64,000 bases of DNA, from the NCBI GenBank assembly GCA_965216875.1, contig OZ244207.1, positions 6,144,001 through 6,208,000 on the forward strand, given 5' to 3'. A model generated the notes under the pieces. That model saw nothing but the letters and a program-made list of their open reading frames with translations, was not told where the DNA came from and ran no database searches. Positions 51,090 to 61,700 of this stretch are shown here, one piece after another. The position numbers were made by a program, and so were the translations under genes. This stretch comes from Rubripirellula sp. (GTDB lineage Bacteria > Planctomycetota > Planctomycetia > Pirellulales > Pirellulaceae). Position 1 is the first letter of the stretch. Each line of letters starts with the position of its first letter.

Positions 51090-51473
51090 TTGGAATTGGG
51101 GAGCTTCACTTTTCGCTCGGCGAGCCATTCCTTGAACCCTTATCAATCCACTCTTCACACTTCGGGCGTTTCCCGTTGGTCGCATTTCGCCACGTGGCTC
51201 GTCGTCCTCGGCTGCTACACGAGCCTATTGCCTGTCAATGTTGGCGTCGTGTTCTCTGGATTGCTTGTGTTTTTCATGGGGCCCATCCCGCCATCAGTCT
51301 TTGTGGGCCTGGCAATCGCTTGGGGTGCAACAGGCTTGATATTTGGTTGCATCACCCTAATCACATCGCCATCGGTCCGGCAGCGACTTGCTTTCATCAC
51401 ATGGTCCGCTTGCGTGACTCTTGCTGGCATTCTTTTCAACACATGGTGTGTGTTTGTCATTTTGAGCCGGTAG
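51090..51473 (+). CDS. Hypothetical small membrane protein
   Basis: Strongly hydrophobic 127-aa ORF; start uncertain. Confidence 0.45.
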   Translation: MELGSFTFRSASHSLNPYQSTLHTSGVSRWSHFATWLVVLGCYTSLLPVNVGVVFSGLLVFFMGPIPPSVFVGLAIAWGATGLIFGCITLITSPSVRQRLAFITWSACVTLAGILFNTWCVFVILSR

Positions 51474-51539
51474 AAAAGAGCCAACCCAAAACTCATGCCA
51501 GCAAAGTGCCAAGCCAGATTCCCACAGGGGATTCCCATA

Positions 51540-52004
51540 GGGGACAGGCACACACCCTTCTCTTTGGATCCTCCGCTGAGGGGACAGGCATGGAGCAATG
51601 ACAGTATCAACCTGACTCATCTGGTAGTGCTCTGTCCCCAGTTAAGAAAGGGGACAGGCACACAATAGTCATGCCTGCCCCCTCGCGCTGCGTGCTCTGT
51701 CCCCGAACAATCTCCGGGGGCGCTTTAGGGGACAGGCACTGGATGGGGATGCCGGTCCCAATTCTTAGCGCGAATGGGCTGGCTGGGAAACGTGGGAAGC
51801 CCGGAATCCGGGTAGTGCTCTGTCCCCGGCCGATGCCGAGGCCGATCCGGGCGATCCCGCATGCCTGTCCCTTTGCGCGGACGGTGGTGCTCTGTCCCCC
51901 GGCGCGGTGCGTGTGCCTGTCCCCGATCGAGCCTGTGTCGGCCGGCGCGCCTGTCCCCTATCACGGACTTGGTTGAGCGCATGTTGATGCCTGTCCCCTG
52001 GCGA
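51540..52004. repeat. Dense cluster of GGGGACAGGCAC / GTGC(T)CTGTCCCC REP-like motifs
   Basis: Forward copies at 51540, 51580, 51650, 51728. Reverse copies at 51627, 51692, 51815, 51861, 51887, 51913, 51947, 51987. Degenerate copies at 51671 and 51749; an outlier at 50835. Confidence 0.9.
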
Positions 52005-52118
52005 GGGGCGAGCGTGAGAATTGCCTTTGCGCCATCGGGTTTGCTGCTATCCTGGCAGGTTCGAATCGCCGCGGTTGCGGCGACCTCCCTGCCTTCCGCA
52101 CCTTGCCCGGAGAATTTG

Positions 52119-52499
52119 GTGAACGGACCCGACTTTTCGAAGAGTGATTTGATTCCCGTGATCGCCCAAGACGACGCGACCGGCGACGTCTTGATGCTGG
52201 CATACATGAACGACGAGGCGTACCAAGAAACGCTCAAAACGGGACGGGTTTGCTACTTTTCTCGCAGCCGCAACAAGCTCTGGCGCAAAGGTGAAGAAAG
52301 CGGCAACGTCCAGGAAGTCAAAGGCATCTTCTTTGATTGCGACGCCGATACACTACTCGTCAAAGTCAACCAAATTGGCGATGCCGCATGCCACGAAGGC
52401 TACCGCAGCTGCTTCTTCCGACAAGTCGTCCCCGAAGCCGACCAACCAACGATCGTTGGCGAACGTATCTTTGACCCCAAAGAAGTTTACAAGAAGTAG
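52119..52499 (+). CDS. hisI: Phosphoribosyl-AMP cyclohydrolase
   Basis: LIPVIAQD...[45 protein letters not shown] start after GGAG. Confidence 0.96.
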   Translation: MNGPDFSKSDLIPVIAQDDATGDVLMLAYMNDEAYQETLKTGRVCYFSRSRNKLWRKGEESGNVQEVKGIFFDCDADTLLVKVNQIGDAACHEGYRSCFFRQVVPEADQPTIVGERIFDPKEVYKK

Positions 52500-52516
52500 A
52501 TCAAAGCCAACGCATC

Positions 52517-53398
52517 ATGAGTGACTCCGAAATCCTGAAACTCGGCATCCCCGCTGGAAGCCTGCAACAATCGACCGCCGAATTGTTCGAGCGAGCTGGT
52601 TACGACATCACGTTCTCGTCTCGTTCCTATTACCCCTCGATCGATGACGACGAAATCGAATGCCTGCTCATTCGCGCTCAAGAAATGGCCCGCTACGTCG
52701 AACAGGGTGTTCTTGACGCCGGCATCACCGGTCACGACTGGGTCTTGGAAACCCAAGCGGATGTCGTCGAGGTCTGTGAACTTCGTTTCTCCAAAGTGAG
52801 TCGCCGACCTGTTCGCTGGGTCCTTTGCGTCCCCAATGACTCGCCCGTCCAATCGGTCAAGGACCTGCAAGGAAAACGTATCGCTACGGAAGCGGTCGGT
52901 CTAACCCAAAGCTACCTTGCCAAACATGGCGTCGAAGCGAACGTCGAATTCTCTTGGGGAGCCACCGAGGTCAAGCCTCCAAAACTCGCCGATGCCATTG
53001 TCGAAGTGACAGAAACAGGCAGTTCGCTTCGTGCCAATAACCTGCGCATCGTTGATGAAGTGATTCAAAGCACGACTCGAATGATCGCCAACAAAGACGC
53101 AATGGCCGATCCTTGGAAAAAGGCAAAGCTTGATAACATCGCCTTGATGCTTAAGTCGTGCCTGCATGCCGAGGGCAAAGTCGGCTTGATGATGAACGTT
53201 GCCCGCAACGATCTTGATGCAGTCCTTGAAATGCTTCCAGCGTTGCAGAAGCCAACCATCTCGGCGTTATCTGACCCCGAATGGGTCGACGTGATTAGCA
53301 TCCTCGAGGAAAAGGTTGTTCGCAATATCGTACCCAAGCTTAAGTCGCTTGGCGCGACGGGGATCGTCGAATACCCGATCAACAAACTGATCGACTAG
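52517..53398 (+). CDS. hisG: ATP phosphoribosyltransferase, long form
   Basis: [24 protein letters not shown]...[20 protein letters not shown]-terminal regulatory domain (PTIS.L...GATGI). Confidence 0.97.
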   Translation: MSDSEILKLGIPAGSLQQSTAELFERAGYDITFSSRSYYPSIDDDEIECLLIRAQEMARYVEQGVLDAGITGHDWVLETQADVVEVCELRFSKVSRRPVRWVLCVPNDSPVQSVKDLQGKRIATEAVGLTQSYLAKHGVEANVEFSWGATEVKPPKLADAIVEVTETGSSLRANNLRIVDEVIQSTTRMIANKDAMADPWKKAKLDNIALMLKSCLHAEGKVGLMMNVARNDLDAVLEMLPALQKPTISALSDPEWVDVISILEEKVVRNIVPKLKSLGATGIVEYPINKLID

Positions 53399-53429
53399 TC
53401 GTTCGTCAATCATTCTCATCAAGCGAAAA

Positions 53430-53475
53430 CGGTAGTGAACGAAAGCCCGACGATTCGTTGCTTCGTCCACTACCG
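53430..53475. terminator. Hairpin between convergent hisG and DUF1559 genes
   Basis: CGGTAGTGAACGAAAGC...GCTTCGTCCACTACCG imperfect inverted repeat. Confidence 0.5.
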
Positions 53476-53511
53476 TGAAACCAAACGCTCAACTGAAGTG
53501 GAATCGATCCA

Positions 53512-54759
53512 CTACTGGTTCAGCGGTTCTTGGATCTTTTCCTTGTTGGCCTTTGTGCCAAGCGCACCCCACAGCCCATAGGGGCTCTGGCTACCAGGTG
53601 CTCGGCCTCCGGTCCGATTTAGCCGAACGGTACCGTGTGTCGAGTCGCCTGCTTCGATGGAGTCGGTGATAAAGATCACGGCCCCGTCAGACATCAGCAT
53701 GTGACAACCGCCAGAGTGCCGACTGCTCGGGGGCAAGATCCCATTGCCAGTGTGATCGATCGAAATGCAGACCTCTTTGTTCGGTGGCAAGATCGTGTTG
53801 ACGACGGTGAAAGGCGCATCACCACTTGCCCAACGAAAACCGCGACATGCATTGGAGGCAAGTAATTGAGTGACTCCGGGTGCCCAGAACAAAGGTCGCT
53901 GGGGATCAAGGTCTCCGCGGCAAGCGATCGGGTTGTCTTGAACCGTTGAAAAGCCCACGCCGCCACGTGGATGGGTTGTGGCGAATCGATCACCCAAGTC
54001 GGTCGCGATTTCACCGCACATGAACGTATTGGAAAGTCCATCAAGAATGTCGCGAAACTTGGCAACCGTGCGTGTCACGAACACGCCTCGGCCCGACGCG
54101 CGAATCTCTTGAGTTCGCGTGCGTGAAAGGGTTTGCAGATCGTTGCTGAACGGACCCGAATCATGCAGCCGATTTGCATCGCCCAAACATGCTGCGTAGT
54201 TCGTTCGTCCCATCGCTGGAAAGCCCGTCCCCGGATCACTTGGGCAGCGAAGCGTGGGAATCTCGGTCATCCATGGTGGGTAGTCGGTGTTGCGCGTGTT
54301 CTGTCCCGTGCCGTGCAGATTCACTTCGTCAGTCGGCGTCGGTCCCATCGGCGGCCATGGTGGGTTTCGAGGCGTGCCTGGCGTTGAAAGGTCCTCCGTG
54401 TTGGGGTTGGTGATCTGCTCGTAGAGTGCCTGTTGTTCAAAGTAAGGCAATAAGCCCACGAAAATACTCAACCGCATCCGATTGGAAAGATCACCTGGCT
54501 GCCACCATCCGCCGGCCGCCGGTGATGGACGCGTGCCGCCCATGTGCATCGGCAGTTCTTTGTGGGCAGTGTGGTAGTTGTGAATGGCGAGCCCGATCTG
54601 TTTGAAGTTGTTGCTACAGCTCATCCGCCGTGCAGCTTCACGAGCGGCTTGAACTGCTGGAAGCAACAACCCGACAAGGACTCCGATAATTGCAATGACG
54701 ACCAATAACTCGACCAACGTAAAACCCGCTGATCGATGTCGCGTTACCCATGGTTTCAT
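53512..54759 (-). CDS. DUF1559 prepilin-type protein
   Basis: [61 protein letters not shown]. Start trimmed to ATG 54759. Confidence 0.95.
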   Translation of the reverse strand: MKPWVTRHRSAGFTLVELLVVIAIIGVLVGLLLPAVQAAREAARRMSCSNNFKQIGLAIHNYHTAHKELPMHMGGTRPSPAAGGWWQPGDLSNRMRLSIFVGLLPYFEQQALYEQITNPNTEDLSTPGTPRNPPWPPMGPTPTDEVNLHGTGQNTRNTDYPPWMTEIPTLRCPSDPGTGFPAMGRTNYAACLGDANRLHDSGPFSNDLQTLSRTRTQEIRASGRGVFVTRTVAKFRDILDGLSNTFMCGEIATDLGDRFATTHPRGGVGFSTVQDNPIACRGDLDPQRPLFWAPGVTQLLASNACRGFRWASGDAPFTVVNTILPPNKEVCISIDHTGNGILPPSSRHSGGCHMLMSDGAVIFITDSIEAGDSTHGTVRLNRTGGRAPGSQSPYGLWGALGTKANKEKIQEPLNQ

Positions 54760-54853
54760 CGATTCGCTCCAATAAATAAGCAATGAATGTTCATATGTCG
54801 TAAAGAATGACCAGCCGCAACCGGATTGATTGCAGCAATCGAATAACGGTTCG

Positions 54854-55105
54854 TTAACGGCCTCCGCCACCGCGAACCAATGGAGACTCCGACGCAACCG
54901 GTGCCTCACGAACGTCTTGATCGCCGCGCATCGATTCGACCGCCTGCTGGTTACTCTTCTCCTGTTGCGTCAGTTCGTACTGTTGATCGTGTTGAATGAC
55001 CGTTAGGTCGTCTCCACAACCTGTAAAACTGATCGACAAGACTCCGAGTGGCAAAGCGAGAAGCAACCGGGGCACGCGCAGTCGTTTTCTGTTTGCGTGA
55101 TTCAA
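54854..55105 (-). CDS. Small lipoprotein preceding DUF1559
   Basis: GGAGGTGA RBS before TTG 55105; lipobox FTGC. Confidence 0.7.
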   Translation of the reverse strand: MNHANRKRLRVPRLLLALPLGVLSISFTGCGDDLTVIQHDQQYELTQQEKSNQQAVESMRGDQDVREAPVASESPLVRGGGGR

Positions 55106-55549
55106 GATCACCTCCAAAAAACGGGAAATGGGACAACAGAACGTCCCCGTGACCTTTGTTGAATCGTCGGGAACGTTTGCGAAGCACTAGCGACGCAATT
55201 TGGATGCGGAACGTGTGCACGTTCCGACCAAGCATCAGAGGACGGTCCCGACGTCACGAATGCCCCCAAGTGAAATCACTTCGAAGCCGTATTCCGATTT
55301 GCTTGTGCGTACTAGAAGAAAGCAGCTGTTACGCGAAAAGCAGTTTTGGTTCGCGATCGCTGCCTTCGTATTGCTTCACCTTTCCTCACCAAGGCACCTC
55401 ATAGGTCGAAACAGACCGTGTATTGCCGTTGAAAACACTTGACCGAGAATGATTCACCCACGAAGCTGAACTCTTCGAAAAAAGTAAAACGATTGCAACT
55501 GGCGTCATAAGCCATCGCGTTACCTAAACACTTGTAAAGGCACATTGCT

Positions 55550-57961
55550 GTGTTCACTCGTGCACAACTGATACCCTTCCTTTGTTTCTGTCTGGTAGCC
55601 GTTTGTAGTGCCATTTCATACGGCCAACAAAAAGAATTGAAAGTCGTCGTTGGTAGTGTTGCACTACCCGATGGCACACCTGCAGAGAATGCGGACGTCC
55701 ATCTCTTGCGCCGCAGTTCCGGTTCGTACACGTTGCCAGTCAAGACGACCAAAGTCGTCACCGATGAGAAAGGTACGTTCGAATTTCGCGACGTCTCGCC
55801 TGGTAAGTACAAGGTCTGGGCAGAGACTCCACGGTTCACTTCGCTAAAGAAGAAGCTCGGCGGCCTTGAGTTAACCGTTACCAAGGACGAGGACGAGATA
55901 TCACTCGAAACGCTCAAGATGCACGAAGGTTGTCGCTATCTTGTGCGCATTGTCTCAGCAGAAACGGGCAAACCACTTGCAGGCGGGCGGGTGATCTTTG
56001 GTTGGACAGATCTCCCGCGCGAGTATCACGGCAACGAGGAAGGGATCGTCGATATCGGGGGCCTAGGAGTTGATGATTGGTACTTCGTTGTCTCGGCAAC
56101 GGGTCACGGCATCGAATTTAAGAAGGTTCCCAAACAATCACTCGGCAGCACGACGGAACTTGAATTCAAGCTCAAACCGGGTGGGCGGCTTGAAGGTGTC
56201 GTTCAAGACGAAGCCGGAAAGCCAGTGGCCGGCGCTCGCGTCTACGCGAGCGGCACAACAGGTGGCATGACTCCCAACTACGGCCGTGCCACCACCGGCG
56301 AAGACGGAACGTTTGAGTTCCGCAATCTACCGGCCGGCGTTCAGATTCGAGTCAGCGCCAGCAAGGATGAGCACGAGCGTGTATCCGAGAACATCGCGAT
56401 TGGCGCCGGCCAAGTCTCATCGTCGATCAAACTGTTGTGTAAGCGACGACCCTACGGAGGTGACTGTATCGTCACGGTGGTCGACGAAGACCAAAACCCG
56501 ATCTCCGAGGCCCTCATTCAAAACACTGGCAGTTCGAGTTCGCTCACGCGCGAAGCCACAACAGACAAAGCTGGCAAGGCACTGCTAGCGAACATGTATA
56601 AGAGCTATCGTGGATTGCGTGTGTTCGCTCGTGCGAAAGGCTACATCACTCAGGAATTCACGGTCGAAGCGGGGACGAAGGAAGACCCCAGTACATTCAA
56701 GGTTGTGATGCAAAAGGGTGTGACCTTAAAGGGCCGTTTGGTCGACCCCGAAGGAAAACCTGCGGCCAAAATCCGGGTCTATTACAACGAGGGCGAACAT
56801 CCCTGGACGGTAGGTGGCCGCGTCACAACCGACGATCAAGGGCATTTCGATATCGAAGGACTTCCCGAAGCGTCGACGTTGACCATCTATACACCCAAGA
56901 AGTACGCGCCCATCAATGACATGAAAGTCACCGCAGGTCAGGCCGAGCGGATCACGTTCGAGATGAAACTAGCGGGTGTGCTTCGGATCCGGGCAATCGA
57001 TTCGGAAACGAAAAAGCCGATCGAAGAATTCAACGTCAAGGTTGCTAACTCGCGCCAGCGCGACGCCAACGATCCTTGGGGTTCGTTCAGCACGGCGTTC
57101 TCGCGTCAGGGCGTGAACGTGATGGGCGAGCAGAAAACGTTCGAGATGACCCACTTGATGCCGGGTACTCCGTTGTTGGTCACCGTTTCGGCCAAGGGCT
57201 ACGAATCGTTTTCGCAAGACCGGATGATGACCGAAAGTAGCAACAAGGCGAAGGTGATTGACATCGCCTTAAAACGAGATGATCCAGAAAACTACGAATC
57301 CATTGCTGGGAAGATTGAAACGAGTGATGGTAAACCTGTCGTGGGAGCGATGGTCAGATTGATCGTCGGCAAGGAATCGCCAATCTCGGAAGCGAACAAG
57401 CTGCAAGGTGGGCGTCCCGATGTCTGGCGAAACTACAACTGGTACTTGGTGATGTCGGACCACATTGACCGGTCGCCGAATTGTCTTCAGGTACTGACCA
57501 CCGCGACCAACACGCAAGGCAACTTCAAGTTCCAACAAGTCCAAAAGAAAGGCGAGTGGCTTGAGTTGATTCACACCGGTGGCGGAATGGCCCCAGCCCG
57601 ACATCCCGACTTACGGAATGGCGACCAATCGCTTCAAGCGGTTCAGTTGACGGCGAAAAAACCATCGTCGATGCGGTTGTTCGTCGACAAGGACAAATAC
57701 CCCGATGCCCAATCGATCCAACTTGATGTCCCCTACTCAAGTCAGTATCCCGATTGTTTGAAAATGGCTTTCAATTCCAAGACGATCAACATCGACGAGA
57801 AGACTCGCGAAGTTCATTTCAAAGATCTGCCTGCAGGCAATTACCGCGTTTCGATTCAGAAGAAACCGACCCCGGTTGGGAACAACGGTTTTCGAACGGA
57901 AACGATCGGATCGTATACGGTCGAATTGCCTGTCGGCGAGGACATGGAAGGCGAACTCTAG
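55550..57961 (+). CDS. Secreted protein with carboxypeptidase-regulatory-like (transthyretin-fold) repeats
   Basis: Signal peptide; repeated G.V.D..GKPVAGA.V...TD..G.F units. Confidence 0.88.
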   Translation: MFTRAQLIPFLCFCLVAVCSAISYGQQKELKVVVGSVALPDGTPAENADVHLLRRSSGSYTLPVKTTKVVTDEKGTFEFRDVSPGKYKVWAETPRFTSLKKKLGGLELTVTKDEDEISLETLKMHEGCRYLVRIVSAETGKPLAGGRVIFGWTDLPREYHGNEEGIVDIGGLGVDDWYFVVSATGHGIEFKKVPKQSLGSTTELEFKLKPGGRLEGVVQDEAGKPVAGARVYASGTTGGMTPNYGRATTGEDGTFEFRNLPAGVQIRVSASKDEHERVSENIAIGAGQVSSSIKLLCKRRPYGGDCIVTVVDEDQNPISEALIQNTGSSSSLTREATTDKAGKALLANMYKSYRGLRVFARAKGYITQEFTVEAGTKEDPSTFKVVMQKGVTLKGRLVDPEGKPAAKIRVYYNEGEHPWTVGGRVTTDDQGHFDIEGLPEASTLTIYTPKKYAPINDMKVTAGQAERITFEMKLAGVLRIRAIDSETKKPIEEFNVKVANSRQRDANDPWGSFSTAFSRQGVNVMGEQKTFEMTHLMPGTPLLVTVSAKGYESFSQDRMMTESSNKAKVIDIALKRDDPENYESIAGKIETSDGKPVVGAMVRLIVGKESPISEANKLQGGRPDVWRNYNWYLVMSDHIDRSPNCLQVLTTATNTQGNFKFQQVQKKGEWLELIHTGGGMAPARHPDLRNGDQSLQAVQLTAKKPSSMRLFVDKDKYPDAQSIQLDVPYSSQYPDCLKMAFNSKTINIDEKTREVHFKDLPAGNYRVSIQKKPTPVGNNGFRTETIGSYTVELPVGEDMEGEL

Positions 57962-57964
57962 GCG

Positions 57965-58654
57965 CTATTGCGCGTCACCAAGCTGTTTGCGCAATCGTCT
58001 GAGTACTCGGCTTTTGGCTTGTCGCACCGCGGCGGGCGTTACGGAAGCCTCGGCGGCGATCAAATCAGTGGGATGCCCGAGTACCGTTGCTCGCCAAAAG
58101 AGGTCCCAAGTGTTGCTCGTGAACTCGCCACGAATCTGCTGGAGTGCTCGGTGCACAAGTCCCGAAGCGTGGTCGGGTTCGGTGGGGTCTTCAAGCGGAA
58201 TCGGATCGACGATGCCTTGCAATTGAAAATGGGCGGTCGAGCCGCCTGGGGCTTGGTTACCTTTGTTACCTCGGTAGAACTCGACGATTCGGCTTCGGGT
58301 GATCGTCCAGAGCCAGCCGCGAAACGTTGCGCCATCACGTTTGGAATCGAAACGCTCAAGTCCGCGAAAAGCAGCTAAAAAGACTTCTTGAGCGATATCA
58401 GCGATCGATTCCGATGAAACTCCCGCGACGCGGCACCAGCGATCAACGAGCGGACCATAAAGTTCAACCAAATCCCGCCAAGCTTCGGGTGATCCGTCCC
58501 TCAACCGCTCGGCGAGACTAAGCCCGCTGGCATTGTCGGAACTTTTTTCTCGCGTCGTGTCACGCGCCACACGTTGAACCTTATAGACGATGGAATTCTC
58601 GGGCGTCGGCCAGCCATTGCTGACGCTTTCGCTCGAATCAATTTCATCACCCAT
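57965..58654 (-). CDS. ECF-family RNA polymerase sigma factor
   Basis: AWRDLVELYGPLV, DIAQEVF, TFRGWLWTITR, VRQAKSRVLRRLR. Start uncertain. Confidence 0.92.
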   Translation of the reverse strand: MGDEIDSSESVSNGWPTPENSIVYKVQRVARDTTREKSSDNASGLSLAERLRDGSPEAWRDLVELYGPLVDRWCRVAGVSSESIADIAQEVFLAAFRGLERFDSKRDGATFRGWLWTITRSRIVEFYRGNKGNQAPGGSTAHFQLQGIVDPIPLEDPTEPDHASGLVHRALQQIRGEFTSNTWDLFWRATVLGHPTDLIAAEASVTPAAVRQAKSRVLRRLRKQLGDAQ

Positions 58655-58792
58655 TGTGATAGGACCGTACAGCGTCCGCAACAAAAGGCCGATGGCTCGC
58701 GCCGTTTTGCTGGACTGACTTGAGCCCGAATCCTCGCGTGATTCCGCCAAGAAGGGACTGCAACGAACGCTCACCCAATACCGAAAGACGAT

Positions 58793-61700
58793 GTGATGCT
58801 CGCCACAAGCTGCTACTCACGCGATCAACTTGAAGATTACCTTCACGGAAGTGTCGACGATGCCTTGAGCGATGCGATCGAGTCGCACTTGGTCACCTGC
58901 CCAAAGTGCGAAGACACACTGGCCGAACTCGATGAAGCGGACGACACGCTTGTTCGCACCTTGAAATTACGCCAAGACTCGGTGATCGCCCCCGAGCCCG
59001 ACTGGGTCCAACGGGTCGCAGATGCTGCTTACGAGGGGTCATCGTCCGCAGATGTCGAGATGGACGAAACGTCGGACCAAGTGCTGGGAGACTATGTGCT
59101 TGAACGCGTGTTGGGCCGCGGCGGAATGAGCGTGGTGTTTGCGGCTCGGCACAAGCACCTCGGTCGCGAAGTTGCTCTGAAAGTTCTATTGCCGACCAAC
59201 CAACAACATGCGGTTTCGCGTGATCGATTCGCGCGTGAAATGCGCGCCGTTGGCGTGTTAGACCATGCTGCGATTGTCCGCGCGACCGATGCTGGCCAGT
59301 GCGACGACACGCTTTACTTGGTCATGGAACGGGTCCGTGGAGTTGACTTGAACCGTGTCTCGAAATCGCTCGGACCTCTACCTGTGGCCGAAGTCTGTAA
59401 GATCGGTCATGAAATCGCCTTGGGGCTTGCACACGCTCACGCCAAAGGTGTCGTTCATCGCGACGTCAAACCAAGCAACGTGATGTTGGACGACAATGCC
59501 AACATCAAAATCTTGGACTTCGGTCTCGCGCGCATGCAATCGGGCGTTTGTGATGTCAGCCTGCAAACGACCATGGGGCAATTGCTGGGAACGCTCGACT
59601 ATATGGCTCCCGAACAAGCCAGTGGCGGCGAAGTTGGACCTCAAGCGGACCTCTACGCTTTGGGCGCGACATTGTTCAAACTGCTTGCGGGTATACCGCC
59701 GCACGGTCGGTCTTCAGAGCTTCCGATTATTGAATTCCTCAATCGATTGGCGACTGACGAAGCGAGTGCGATCGATCAATTTCGCGCCGACGTTCCCATC
59801 GAGCTTGCCAACCTCATTGCTCAGCTTTTAACAAGCGATCCTTCCCAACGCCCTTCCTCAGCGAATCAAGTTGCTGAACAGCTTGCGGCATTTGCCGCCG
59901 ATGCTAACGTCGATTCCATTGCCGTTCAAGCGATCGCAAAACTGGATGAAACCGTCGAAGGCGAAGAGTTTTCTGTCAAAGCAACGCTCTCGCAGTTGTT
60001 GGCCGCGCATCGAAAAGACGACAACGATCCTTCGACAACAACATCGGGTACGAACCAAGCTGCGGGCGGGCCGCGACGTTTTGGCCCTTCGGATTGGATC
60101 GGACTTGGCCTCGGAGCGATCAGTCTATGTGGCGTGATTTGGTTGGCCATCATCTTAACGCTCAAGAGTGAACAAGGAGAGATACGCATCGAGTCCGACC
60201 TTGAGGATGTGCGGGTCGAAATCGTCGATGAAAAGGACCGCAGCGATATCCTTGCTGTGCAGCGTGGACAAGCTGCAACAACCGTGAGTGCTGGTCGTTA
60301 CCGGATACGACTTGCCTCGCCAGCCGATGGCATCGAAATCACGCCCAACAACTTGCAAGTCACGAGGGGCGGCATCGTGATTGCAAAAATCAAACAAACA
60401 AAGACATCCGAGTCGAAGAGTGATCCACCGACTGCGACGCCGAGAATGACGGCAGCGTTGGAAGTCGTTTTGGCGGAAACGGAAGAACAACTTCAAGCGG
60501 CGATCGATGCAAACAATACCGAACGCATTCGAAATCTAAGAACGAAACTTGAAGAACTGAGGATCATGAGCCGTCCTGTACCGACCGAGCCCGTTTACCA
60601 GGGCAGGACCCTCGGCGACTGGATTGCGCAAATGCGATTTGAACAGGAATCCAAGTCTCGCGAGCTAGCCGAAAACAACGTCCTGCGGCTCGCTGAAATT
60701 CAGCCGGACAGCCAGCACATCACCCTTGCCATGGAAGTTGGGGCTCGGCAATTCGAATGGAAGTCGAGAACCATTGCAGCACAATTGCTTTATGACTTAT
60801 CTCCCGACGGTAGCGCCGACAATCTGACCAAAATCGCAACACACATCGTCGACGTTGATCGGACGATTGCTGACGAACAACTTCGCCAATTGCTTTCGGG
60901 TGAAGATCGAAAGCTTCGCGATTACGCGCTCACCCTTTGCAGCGACCTGCGTATCAGCATTCAGCAGGGGCAGTGGCCAAAGACGTTTGCAGCCCTACGG
61001 GCGTTGGCCGCGACCCAATCGGAATCCGAAACCCAAGACCACGCCCGCCAGATCGTGCTTGCCATATGCGAACCTGATGCATCGGCAGCCACCCATCGGC
61101 TCGACCAATTGGATGCGAACTCTCTGAGCGAAGACGAGTTGACGCTGGTCCTTTATGTCATTCACGAGCGACGCTTCGAGGTCGACCGCAGTCGCCATGT
61201 CGAACTGCTTGCGCAGTGGTTCGACCGCATTGAATACGACCCCGGCCCCTACCCTTCCTACGGTCCGCTGAGCCGGTTTTGGTACCAAGCCAGCGTTGGG
61301 CCGTTCATCGGATTGGATGTTGGGAACATCAATGAGAAAACGCAGAATGAGCTGAATCAGGTTTTGACGCCGTTGATCACCAGCCTTCAACGGGCGGTCA
61401 ATGACGCCGAGAAAAGTCCCCATGATGCAAAACTCAATCGCGCCGCAGCGAGCAAGTCGCTGTCATTGTCTACATTGCTGCGGGAGATCCCGCTTACAGG
61501 ATCCGCTCGCGAGCAGGCAGCGAAGGCACTCGACCAACGGCTCGACCAACTGATTCGTTTTCGAGCCGAAAGTGACGTGCCGCCGATGAACACCATGGAC
61601 TCGCCATCTTCTGTCAGCAGCATCCTTCTGCTGCTTACCGGTTCGGTACCTGAACAACTCACACGAGATTCATCCGGCGAAAATGGCTGGATGGCGAAAG

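Noticed and set aside
47977..51473. Integron cassette array
   Set aside because: The repeats lack attC-type inverted R/L boxes, include coding sequence of the sulfatase, and no integron integrase is present.
51540..52004. Possible CRISPR array
   Set aside because: Repeats are only 12-13 nt, occur in both orientations with irregular spacing, and no cas genes are present.
51861..52118. N-terminal extension of HisI in the ORF track (also ORFs 51671..51976 and 51725..52237)
   Set aside because: These are translations of the repeat cluster; HisI similarity begins at about 52119 after a GGAG RBS.
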